From: a virus
Virus record (IMG/VR): IMGVR_UViG_3300032282_004772
Length of the DNA stretch: 64,000 bases
Reading direction: 5' to 3' (one strand)
A program made the translations under genes and the position numbers. This document shows positions 49,305 through 59,500 of this stretch, piece by piece (the stretch's first letter is position 1; every line of letters begins with the position of its first letter). The notes under the pieces are model-generated. The model was not told where the DNA came from. It did no database searches and was given only the letters and a program-made list of their open reading frames with translations.

Positions 49305-50108
49305 ATGGAAAATAAATTTGACGTTTCGGTAATATTACCAATTAAAACAGCGACCGCAAAAGAATTTACTGAATATTTCACTAAATCAATTGCGTCGTTA
49401 AAAGAACAAAAAACTAGTATAAATGAATTAATTATCGTTCATACTGATGAAGAACTTCTTACATCAGTTTTAAATGAATTTGATTTTGGAACATTAAATG
49501 TTAAAAAATTAATTTGGACGGAAACTCCGAATTTTTCTGACCAAGTAAATTATGGAATTAAAAATTCATCGTCAGAATGGGTTTCAATTTTAGAATTTGA
49601 TGATGAATATTCTAATATTTGGTTTAAAAATGTAAAAAAATATTCGGAAATATATAAAGATGTTTCAGCATTTATGCCAATTGTCGTTGATGTTGACGAT
49701 AAGGGAATGTTTGCCGGATTTACGAACGAAGCAACATTCGCCTCAAACTTTTCCCAAGAAATGGGTTATTTGAGTAACGAAACTCTTCACAATTTCCAAA
49801 ATTTCCAAACTTCAGGTATGGCTTTCAAAAAATCTTTAGTGGATGATTTTGGAGGTATTAAATCAAATCTTAAACTGACATTTGTTTATGAATTTCTACT
49901 AAGACTGACATTCAATTCTGTAAAAATGATGACAATCCCTAAAATTGGGTATAAACACATTAACCTCAGAGAAGGGTCTATCTTTTGGAATCATAAATAT
50001 GGTACAGACATATTATCCGAAAATGAGGTTAGATTTTGGATTGATTCTGCAAAGAAAGAATATTTCTTTAAAGATGAGAGACCAATTCATTTCGAACCAA
50101 CTATTTAA
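49305..50108 (+). CDS. GT2-family glycosyltransferase
   Basis: VSVILP, N.G, LEFDD, EFLLR. Confidence 0.75.
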   Translation: MENKFDVSVILPIKTATAKEFTEYFTKSIASLKEQKTSINELIIVHTDEELLTSVLNEFDFGTLNVKKLIWTETPNFSDQVNYGIKNSSSEWVSILEFDDEYSNIWFKNVKKYSEIYKDVSAFMPIVVDVDDKGMFAGFTNEATFASNFSQEMGYLSNETLHNFQNFQTSGMAFKKSLVDDFGGIKSNLKLTFVYEFLLRLTFNSVKMMTIPKIGYKHINLREGSIFWNHKYGTDILSENEVRFWIDSAKKEYFFKDERPIHFEPTI

Positions 50109-50860
50109 TGCTCGTTAAATCAGGTGTAACTTCAGATGCGGGAAATATTGATTCAAGAAAAAGAGGAAGAAAGTCAAAACAAAAAAATTATTTTGATGTA
50201 CGAGAAGAAAATGCGGTAAGAATGTTTCTTCTAGAACCTTCCTGGGAAGAAAGGAATAAGATTTACAATCAATACTTAAGAGACCCTTTAGATAAAATGA
50301 TATCGTCTATTATTAGACGATATAAACTTTATCGTAAAGATATGGATTTTGATGAAATCCATACGGATACCCATTCTTTTTTGATGACTAAAATTGAAAA
50401 ATTTAAACCATCTAAAGAGAAAAAGGCTTATTCATATTTTGGTACAATATGTAAAAATTATTTGATGGGACAAATAATTAAAGACCAAAAAGAGATGAAT
50501 AGGAAAATATCATACGAAGATATTTCTTCTTCAATCGAAGAAAATATTGAATTTTCATATTCAATGGAAACCGATGATTTTGATGCGGATTCAGTAATTG
50601 ATAGATTTAAATCTGAACTTAAAGAATTTGTTGAGTCTCAGAATCTAAACGATAATGAGAAAAAACTTGGTTTTGCTCTTTTAGAATTATTTGATAATTA
50701 CGAAAACATATTCATGGGGGCTGATAATAATAAGTTTAATAAAAATGTAATTTTATTGTCACTTAGAGAGATGACGAATTTATCAACCAAAGAAATCAGA
50801 AATTCTATGAAAAAATACAAAAAATTATATGGTTCGGTAATAACATTAATTTTAAAATAA
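50108..50860 (+). CDS. Phage sigma factor (T4 gp55-like late sigma)
   Basis: KFKPSKEKKAYSYFGTICKN resembles the gp55 region 2 pattern F.P.K...AF.YFT; N-terminal YF...EE.A. Confidence 0.65.
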   Translation: MLVKSGVTSDAGNIDSRKRGRKSKQKNYFDVREENAVRMFLLEPSWEERNKIYNQYLRDPLDKMISSIIRRYKLYRKDMDFDEIHTDTHSFLMTKIEKFKPSKEKKAYSYFGTICKNYLMGQIIKDQKEMNRKISYEDISSSIEENIEFSYSMETDDFDADSVIDRFKSELKEFVESQNLNDNEKKLGFALLELFDNYENIFMGADNNKFNKNVILLSLREMTNLSTKEIRNSMKKYKKLYGSVITLILK

Positions 50861-50881
50861 ACAAGATTAGTATTTATAGTT

Positions 50882-51250
50882 ATGAGCAGACCAAAGAAAA
50901 AAGAAATAAAATTTACTAAAGATTCAATACTAACAGTATTACAAGAAGTTTACAACGAAATTGTAGAACAAAGAAATACTGCAATTAGAATTCAAAATAA
51001 AATGTTGGCAATGATGAAAGACCCCGAAGATATGCAAACAATAGGTCCTGTAATCAAAGAACAACAAAAAATAATTAATGATTGTGTTGAAAAAAAACTA
51101 TCTCTATCTAAATTACAATCTTCAATTTGGGAGAAGACACAAAATGAAAAATCCGATTTTACATTAGATGATTTAGATGATGATTTAATTGATTCGTTAA
51201 TGAATAAAGATGTTTCAAAAGTTGATGAAACATATAAAATAAAGAAATAA
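50882..51250 (+). CDS. Hypothetical coiled-coil protein
   Basis: 122 aa; TATTTATA at 50871-50878. Confidence 0.65.
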   Translation: MSRPKKKEIKFTKDSILTVLQEVYNEIVEQRNTAIRIQNKMLAMMKDPEDMQTIGPVIKEQQKIINDCVEKKLSLSKLQSSIWEKTQNEKSDFTLDDLDDDLIDSLMNKDVSKVDETYKIKK

Positions 51251-51255
51251 TTTTC

Positions 51256-53151
51256 ATGGCAACTGATTTAAGTCAAAGTTACAATAACGTTGAGCAAAAA
51301 ATTAAAGCATCTAGAACTTATTTAGAGGTTAAACAAGATGCGAATAAAATTCAAAAAAATTTAGGGGATAATTTAGCTCAGGGTAAACAACTTGTAACGA
51401 CAACAGTTGACCAATTAAAAGACCAACAAAAAAAATTTCAAAGACAAGTTAAGACTCAACTTGATGAGATGTTGAGTATGGTTCAATTTAATAGTGGCTC
51501 CGGTTCAGGAACTATGAGATATATTAAATCAAAGTTTATTGAGGCGGCGTTAAGAGTAGAACCAAAAATTTTTGAGATTTTAAATAAGGAAACTATAAAA
51601 GCATTAGGTTGTTCTCAACAACAGGCATATAATGCTCAAACAATCTATATAAAAGTAAAAAGTACGGACTTACAAAGATTGTTAACTACAAGCCCTGAAG
51701 AACCATACGCGAGAGTTGCGTATGAAAAACTTCCACCGGTTACTAATCAAATACCATATAGTATGAATCGAGAGATGTGGGAAAGATTACAAAACTTAAA
51801 TCAACCTGTTGATTTTTACGGTGCATCAGGACAAAAACTTTTTACAATTACTTACGTACAATCTAACGGAGCTATTACAGGCGATTTTTATAAGATAGAT
51901 TTAGTTGACAGAATTGTCGGACTAAATAAAGTTGCAAATTTTATTGTAGATTATTATAGGTCGATAAAAGTTATTGATACAAGTAATTTATTTCAACAAC
52001 TTATGGACCAAATAACCGGTGCGGTATCATTTGAGGCCAAAATTGGTTTTGGAGAACTAGACGATAAGAATAAATTTCTTTTATTATTACAAAGAATTTT
52101 AGGGTTATGTTTTGATAGTAAAAGAGAAATTGATGTTAGCGGTAACTCTAAGGTTGCGGAATTAGATGGGGTGGACGATAGTTTTTTTGAGTTTACTGAC
52201 ATGGACCTCAGATATATTGAACAAAAAATTTCTGACACTCAAACAGGGGTTGTTGAGTTTGAAGATTGTCAAAATGTAAAGTTACCTGTAAATTCAAAAT
52301 CAATTTTAGATTCATTAAATAAATTAAATGAAATTATTAATGTCGAAGACCAACAGACCTTTGCTGAATCTTTAACGAGTTCTTTAACAGAAGACGAAAA
52401 ATGGAAAATATTAATTCCAAACTCGGTAGACATTAATCTATCAATTGATTTGAGTTTTTTAACTAATTTACCTAAAGCAATAATGATGGCGTTGTTGTCT
52501 CCTAAAATAGTATTACCATTATTAATAATGGCAAAGGCTATTGGTCAATTAGCCGGAGACGCAATTGAATCCTTGATGGATTTTATAAAGGCGTTTAAAA
52601 ATTATGTATTAAATATAATGTCAAAAATTGGGGCTTTGTTTGTCCAAGAATTATTTGACATAATTAAAAAAGATATTAGAAATTTAATTCACCAAATCGC
52701 AGTTGACTTAGCAAAAGAAAAAGTATTAAAAAAATATGCAATGATTTTGAAATTAGTCGAATTACTTTTGATTATTATAAAATTTGTCGATGATTGGAGA
52801 AAATGTAAAAGTGTTGTTGATGAAATATTAGCGTTATTGAATTTAGCTCTTCCTGATATTGGTGGAGGTATACCCGCACCGCTTTTGGCGTTATCATCAA
52901 TATTACCGGGGAGTTCTCCGACTAGGTCATTTATTAATACTATTGAAGAATTTCAAAAATCAGGATTACCAACAGGACCTATGCCAGATGGAAGTCCTAA
53001 TTTAATGTTACAGTCCATATTTGGACAAATGAAAGGACAGGATAAAGAAGATGCTGAGAATGGAAAAGTACAAGTATTTGTACCTCCATTAACAGTACTT
53101 CCGGCCGGAGTGACTTTGCCTTCAGGTAGCGGAACAGGTAAAAAATCATAA
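51256..53151 (+). CDS. Large helical hypothetical protein (possibly baseplate/tail-associated)
   Basis: 631 aa; upstream of spike gene; hydrophobic helices. Confidence 0.5.
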   Translation: MATDLSQSYNNVEQKIKASRTYLEVKQDANKIQKNLGDNLAQGKQLVTTTVDQLKDQQKKFQRQVKTQLDEMLSMVQFNSGSGSGTMRYIKSKFIEAALRVEPKIFEILNKETIKALGCSQQQAYNAQTIYIKVKSTDLQRLLTTSPEEPYARVAYEKLPPVTNQIPYSMNREMWERLQNLNQPVDFYGASGQKLFTITYVQSNGAITGDFYKIDLVDRIVGLNKVANFIVDYYRSIKVIDTSNLFQQLMDQITGAVSFEAKIGFGELDDKNKFLLLLQRILGLCFDSKREIDVSGNSKVAELDGVDDSFFEFTDMDLRYIEQKISDTQTGVVEFEDCQNVKLPVNSKSILDSLNKLNEIINVEDQQTFAESLTSSLTEDEKWKILIPNSVDINLSIDLSFLTNLPKAIMMALLSPKIVLPLLIMAKAIGQLAGDAIESLMDFIKAFKNYVLNIMSKIGALFVQELFDIIKKDIRNLIHQIAVDLAKEKVLKKYAMILKLVELLLIIIKFVDDWRKCKSVVDEILALLNLALPDIGGGIPAPLLALSSILPGSSPTRSFINTIEEFQKSGLPTGPMPDGSPNLMLQSIFGQMKGQDKEDAENGKVQVFVPPLTVLPAGVTLPSGSGTGKKS

Positions 53152-53152
53152 T

Positions 53153-53362
53153 ATGAACGATATTGAGAAAGTAAGAAAAATAATAAATGAGATTTCTGAT
53201 AGTTCTAATAGTGAACTATTGTTTGCATTGAAATTCTTAAATGAAGATTATGAACAAACCAAGAAACAAATAATAGATTTAACTAAACGTTTAGATAATT
53301 TAGAAATTGTTTATAATAAAATTTTAAAAGAACAAGAAAAGAGATATAATGTCAATCGTTGA
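53153..53362 (+). CDS. Small coiled-coil protein
   Basis: 69 aa heptad pattern. Confidence 0.6.
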   Translation: MNDIEKVRKIINEISDSSNSELLFALKFLNEDYEQTKKQIIDLTKRLDNLEIVYNKILKEQEKRYNVNR

Positions 53363-54905
53363 TTCAAAAAGACATCTTTGGTTTGCACAGGTTGTAGATA
53401 TTGAAGACCCTTTAATGTTAAATAGAGTTAGGGTTAAGTTCGATACCTTAAACAATATTGCAATATTAAATGCAATACCAAATAAAGTTAATGGGAAGGA
53501 GACAAAATCAGGGGATGATTTATTACCGGAATTTAAATGGACAGAAATTGATTCATTTTGTTGTTTACCATTATTACCTATTTTTTTAAACATCACACCA
53601 AAAAGCGGAGAAACGGTTAATATTATATTTCCAAATAATGAATATAAATTTGATGAACAATATTATATACAAGGAACATTAACTTCTCCTTTATCTTCAT
53701 ATCAAGAAAACTTTAATGCCCAAAGAATGTTTGCGGCAAAAAATAGGATTGAAAATCCAAAACTATTAAAAAATCCCACAAACAATGAATATTATATAAC
53801 AAAAACAAAAGGTGTTTTCATTGAACCAAAAGATATGGGGATTGCTGGTAGAGGTACCGCAGATATTATAGTAAAAGATAGACACGTTTTATTGAGAGCC
53901 GGAAAAAGTACTACTCTACCTGACAACCCAAAAAAAGAAATAAATGTTAATCAAAAAAGAAGTTTTATACAACTCTCAGATTTTTCACAAAGAGAAACTG
54001 AAGAATCTCCAATAGAATCAGTTAGGTTACAACAGGATATTCAATATGTTAAGAGTTTAGTTGAGTGGCACATAATTAATCCTGAAAATAATTTTAATAA
54101 GTTTGATTTTTTTATTTCTTTATATGGAATACCCCCAAGTAGTGCAACAACAAGTTCCACATTACAAATTGATAGTAATGTTCCTCAGTCAGATAAAAAA
54201 TTAATTACAAGAATAAATTTTACAAATAAAAGTATTACGGAAATAGGGATTGAGGTATCAAAATTTTTAAAACAATGTAATGATGGTGAAATAAATTTCC
54301 CACCTAATCCGATTGTTAATTTAGAAAGTGCTGGCCAAAGTCAATTTCCTTTATTTTTTAGACCTTCACCTGAAACTTACGCATATATTGAATCTCCCTC
54401 ATCAGGAAAAGAGTATGTTAATGTAACCGCAGCTGCGTTATCAATTGATTATGGTACTCAAAAAAATGGTGTGGGGTTATTATGGTCTAAAAATAAGACA
54501 GGTCAACAATTTACATTAAGAAAAGATGTACTTAAACAAAAAAGTATCGATAATAATTCTCCAATTACTTATAATATTCACGGTGGAGATAAAATATTAT
54601 TATTATCACATGAAAGTAGAATTCCTTCAAAACCGAAAATTGATTTAAATGATAATACAGTATACGGTATTGAACAAAAATACATTGTTGATAATGTTTT
54701 ACCCGGTACTGACCCTATGGTTAGAGGAGACGAACTTATGAAATTTATGAATACGGTTGTACGATTTTTAATTTCTCACGTACATCCATTTCCTGGTCTA
54801 CCTCCAGTACCTGTTTCTACCGATGGTACTAATGTCGCAGACATTCTTTCGCAATTACAAAATGCTTCAGAGACAATTCTAAATCAAAACATCAGAATTA
54901 ACTAA
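53349..54905 (+). CDS. Baseplate central spike (gp5/gpV-like)
   Basis: N-terminal OB-fold V...DP....RVRV and P..GE.V; C-terminal HVH metal-binding tip motif. Confidence 0.7.
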   Translation: MSIVDSKRHLWFAQVVDIEDPLMLNRVRVKFDTLNNIAILNAIPNKVNGKETKSGDDLLPEFKWTEIDSFCCLPLLPIFLNITPKSGETVNIIFPNNEYKFDEQYYIQGTLTSPLSSYQENFNAQRMFAAKNRIENPKLLKNPTNNEYYITKTKGVFIEPKDMGIAGRGTADIIVKDRHVLLRAGKSTTLPDNPKKEINVNQKRSFIQLSDFSQRETEESPIESVRLQQDIQYVKSLVEWHIINPENNFNKFDFFISLYGIPPSSATTSSTLQIDSNVPQSDKKLITRINFTNKSITEIGIEVSKFLKQCNDGEINFPPNPIVNLESAGQSQFPLFFRPSPETYAYIESPSSGKEYVNVTAAALSIDYGTQKNGVGLLWSKNKTGQQFTLRKDVLKQKSIDNNSPITYNIHGGDKILLLSHESRIPSKPKIDLNDNTVYGIEQKYIVDNVLPGTDPMVRGDELMKFMNTVVRFLISHVHPFPGLPPVPVSTDGTNVADILSQLQNASETILNQNIRIN

Positions 54906-54934
54906 TTATTGATATTTATTATTAAAAAGTAATA

Positions 54935-56551
54935 ATGTCAATACACAGGTCTTATTTCAGCAAGAATAATACGATATTTCTTGATTCAAATGTTAACACA
55001 GGAAGAAATCCTGTAGTTGACTTATATTTCGGAACAAATATAAATGGATTATCTCAAAGTGGATACTCAAGATTTATTTTTGATTTGGACCTTCAACCTT
55101 TGTTAGATAAAATTTCAGATGGTACTATAACTACACAATGTGTGAACAATATGACACACATATTAACAATGACAAATACAATCAGATTTGATGAAGATTT
55201 GTTAAACACTCTTAATTCTGATGAAAGGAAAAGAGCGAGTTCATTTGATTTAATTTTATTTAGGTTACCTAATATTGTTTGTTCTGCCGATACATCATTA
55301 GCTCCTTTACCACCTACTCCAACACCGACACCCGGAGGAAATCCTTGTGAAACAGTAACTACCACAATAGCGCCTGTAACAACAACTACAACTACATGTT
55401 ACCCAGGATTACAAGAATGGGATGAAGGCGTGGGGTATGATTATAGAAACCCTAAAAAAGGAATAACATTTTTAGATGGTGACGCAAAATACCAACCTCC
55501 TTTAATTGATAATAGTTACTCAACTAGACCATCTAATTGGTTTCAAAACCAAAATATGGAATATTGGTCTGAGCCAGGAATCTATTCAAATACTAATACT
55601 TCCAATGCCGTTAATTTTACTGATTTGGTTATTGTTGATATTCAACATTTTGACCACGGTAATGAAGATATAAATTTTGATATGACGAATGAAATCAACG
55701 GGATACTAAATGGTTCCATAACAAATGTTACAGGATGGGGTATTGCGTATAGACCTGAATTTGAGTTAGCAACAGGGCTGACTTCAAATTATAGTGTTTC
55801 ATTTTTTTCTAGACATACTCAAACTTTCTATGAACCATATCTATTAACAAACTATGATGATTTGATACAAGATGATAGAGACTTATTTGTACAGAATATA
55901 CCTAATAAATTATACTTATTTGCATACGTGGATGGAGATTTGGTTAATTTGGATTCAAATCCTATCGTATCAATTTTAGACCCTAATGGAGACCCAATTC
56001 CTTCATTAACAGGACTAACAACTTGTCCAAGGACAAAAGGAATATATGAAGTAGAAATACCATCATTAACAGGATATACGACTCCTTGTCAGTTTAACGA
56101 TATATGGTCAAATTTAAGCTTAAACGGAGTTCCTTTACCGGATGTTGAAAATGAATTTGTGTTACAACCATATAAGAATAGAATAATGGTCGGACCTCAA
56201 TCAAAAGAACCTTCAATTTTTGGTTTTGATTTTTACGGTATAAAACAAGATGAGAAAATTTTAAATACAGACGTTAGAAAGGTTGGGGTTGTAATTAAAA
56301 AGGCTTATACCACAAAACAACTACTACAAAATGTTGATGGATATTATAGAATTTATGTAAGAGAAGGTACAACAGAAGTACAAATACAAGATTGGACCAA
56401 ACTTAACAGAACACCTAATGAGTATTATTTTATTTTTGACACTAGAGATAAAATCCCTAACGAATATTTTATAGATATAAGGGTAAATACTAGTGGTGAA
56501 AAAGATACCTATAAAAGAACTGTTAAGTTTTTAATAGTTAACAAAAAATAA
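54935..56551 (+). CDS. Putative structural (baseplate/tail) protein with Pro/Thr-rich insertion
   Basis: SRFIF, WDEG.G, FFSR.T...Y.P.L; follows spike gene; TATTTAT at 54913-54919. Confidence 0.55.
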   Translation: MSIHRSYFSKNNTIFLDSNVNTGRNPVVDLYFGTNINGLSQSGYSRFIFDLDLQPLLDKISDGTITTQCVNNMTHILTMTNTIRFDEDLLNTLNSDERKRASSFDLILFRLPNIVCSADTSLAPLPPTPTPTPGGNPCETVTTTIAPVTTTTTTCYPGLQEWDEGVGYDYRNPKKGITFLDGDAKYQPPLIDNSYSTRPSNWFQNQNMEYWSEPGIYSNTNTSNAVNFTDLVIVDIQHFDHGNEDINFDMTNEINGILNGSITNVTGWGIAYRPEFELATGLTSNYSVSFFSRHTQTFYEPYLLTNYDDLIQDDRDLFVQNIPNKLYLFAYVDGDLVNLDSNPIVSILDPNGDPIPSLTGLTTCPRTKGIYEVEIPSLTGYTTPCQFNDIWSNLSLNGVPLPDVENEFVLQPYKNRIMVGPQSKEPSIFGFDFYGIKQDEKILNTDVRKVGVVIKKAYTTKQLLQNVDGYYRIYVREGTTEVQIQDWTKLNRTPNEYYFIFDTRDKIPNEYFIDIRVNTSGEKDTYKRTVKFLIVNKK

Positions 56552-56577
56552 AAATATTTATATATAAAAAATACAAA

Positions 56578-59500
56578 ATGGGAAATTTAAAAAAAGATAG
56601 CAATAATTTTTGGTCAGGAAAAACCAAATCTTTTATTGAAACGATTTTTGGTGGAAAAACCATCGAAGAAATAAAATCTATGTCGATAGAAGATAGAAAA
56701 TCTCTTTTAATAAAAAAAGAAACTCCTACGACAGGACATACTTCAAGTATGAGCGGTCGTACATCATTTGATGTTCCAAAAAGAATGTCAAATGATAAAC
56801 ACAGGAGTGTAAGTCTTTCGGGAAAAACAACTTCTAATGTTAAACCAAAATCGGCACCAGAACCATTAAGGATAAAACCTTCAAATCTAAAAAAAGAGGC
56901 TCACGAATATAGAAAATCCACTCCGACAAAATATAGTGGTTCTACCTCAAATAATATAAAAAGTTTAAACACACTTAGTTTTAATAACAATATAAACTCA
57001 AACCCAAATTCAGTGGCAGGAACTGTAGATTATAGTTTTCCTGCAGGAGTAAATTTTATTGGCTCAATTTATGGATTTGATGGTGAGGTATATGCAATTG
57101 AAATACAAAAAGACGGTAAAATATTAGTAGGGGGTGATTTTGGTACTTACTATAGTTATGATTATCCTGAAGGTTATAGTGCAGCGTATTTAATCAGATT
57201 GAACTCTGATGGAACTGTTGATGATACATTCTCGACAGGTAATATAAATGGAGATGTTTTCACAATTGCAATACAACCGGATGGTAAAATATTATTAGGT
57301 GGTAATTTTGGTTATTATGATGGATTAAATCCTAATAATATTATAAGAATTAACCCTGATGGTAGTCCTGATTATTCATTTGTGTATGGTTCAGGATTTA
57401 ACGCACCGGTTAATGTAATTACATTACAGTCTGATGGTAAAATATTAGTTGGTGGTATCTTTGGTCAATATAATAGTAATACCGCATATTATTTGATTAG
57501 ATTAAACTCTAATGGTTCAATTGATAATTCATTCGTATATGGTAACGATGTCGTATCGTTTAATGGCGCGGTTAATGACATCAAAGTACAATCAGATGGA
57601 AAAATATTAGTTGTTGGTGAATTTAGTACTTATGCAGAGAATAGTTCAAATTATATAATTAGATTAAATAGCGATGGTACAAGAGATACTACATTTGTTA
57701 TTGGTACAGGATTTAGTAACATAGTATATTCAATTGATTTACAATCAGACGGAAAAATAATTGTTGGTGGTGATTTTTACGATTATGGTTATTATAACGG
57801 AAATTTATGTAATTCCATCGTTAGATTAAATACTGACGGTTCCTTAGATAGTACATTTGGATATGGTGTTTATGGAGGAGTTTATAAAGTTAAAGTTCAA
57901 TCTGATGATAAAATTTTAATTGGGGGATATTTTTATGATTATTACCCATATTTTAATGATTGGACCTCATTTAATGTTGACAAATTAATAAGATTTAATC
58001 CTGACACAACTTTTGATTATAACTTTTATTATAAAGACATAATTAATTATGATACATATGCGATAAATTTACAATCAGATGGTAAAATATTAGTTGGGGG
58101 AAGTTTTTATAATGATGGGGATGCTTCGACATACCCTTTAAATCGTTTTGGTAGATTAAACAATACTATCTCTTTATACAAATATGTTTATTCAATACTT
58201 AGTGATTGTTATGAAAACCCAAAAACATATTCAATGGGTTCAAATACTCTTCTAACTGAAGATGATTACTATAATGAGTGTGTTGTTTCGGCAACTGAAT
58301 TAGGGGGTGCGTCTAATACCATTACAGGATATATTATATTAGATGGAGACAATCCTTTATTCACAAAATCAAAACCTGATTGTGAATTTGTTAAAAAATA
58401 TAATAGTTGTTCTGAATCTATTTTAGATAACTACAAATATGTTGTTGCGTATTCATTACTTGAAAATGAATGGGATTATTTTACAGTCGATAGCAGATAT
58501 GAAGTTGGAGACATATTCTTCATTAACGAAAAATTTGAGGCAGATGAATTTGAAGTTAGGTCTTGTTTTAGAATAACAGAAATAATAACAAATGATTATG
58601 GTAATTATTACCAACCAATAAAATACATTCCTTATAAAACTTGTGAGGAATGCGTTAGAGCAAATGGAGTTCCTTATCGATTATATTCTTACACAAATGA
58701 CTCTACACAAAAAGTTATAAGTTATCAATATTTTAACTATGATGGATATGTTAATGACTTTTTTGTAAAAACTAGCTTTTTATTAACACCAAGTTCTTAT
58801 GATTATATTAATTTCGTAAGTGATAGTCCGGCATTTCCAAACATGTATGAATATGGATTAGTTCCAAAAATTTATAGTACGGTATCAATAGATAGTAATA
58901 ATAATTTTTTTGGTACTGCGGCAGAATTAATGTCTAAAAAAGGAAGTGGTGAGTATGACTACCGATTTAATCCATATTACGGTTCTTACCAAGGATTTAA
59001 CGATTATGTGTTTTCAACATATGAATTAAAAAATGGTCAAATTTTAGTTGGTGGAACTTTTGATTATTATAATAACGAACCATTAAATTCATATGGAATT
59101 GCAAAATTAAATGTAGATGGATTATTGGATAATAAATTTCAACCAAATTTATTTGGTGTTAATTCTATTTATACATTTGCAGAACAATCAGATGGAAAAA
59201 TTTTAATTGGTGGCAATTTTGAAGGGGCAGGTAATTTAGAATCATATTATTTAGTTAGAGTAGATAAAAATGGTATTTTAGATTCAGAATTCACCAATAA
59301 CATAATGAAAGATGGAGGATTAGATGGTTCTGTACATAAAATCGTGATTTTACCTTCAGGAAAAATTTTACTTGCAGGTGAATTCTACCAATTAGGTAAT
59401 GAAGTGGTCTATGGATTTGTAATGTTAAATTCTGACGGCACAATAAATCAAAAATTCTTACAAACTAAAGTACAACCTGATTGGTATTCTTACGAAATTT

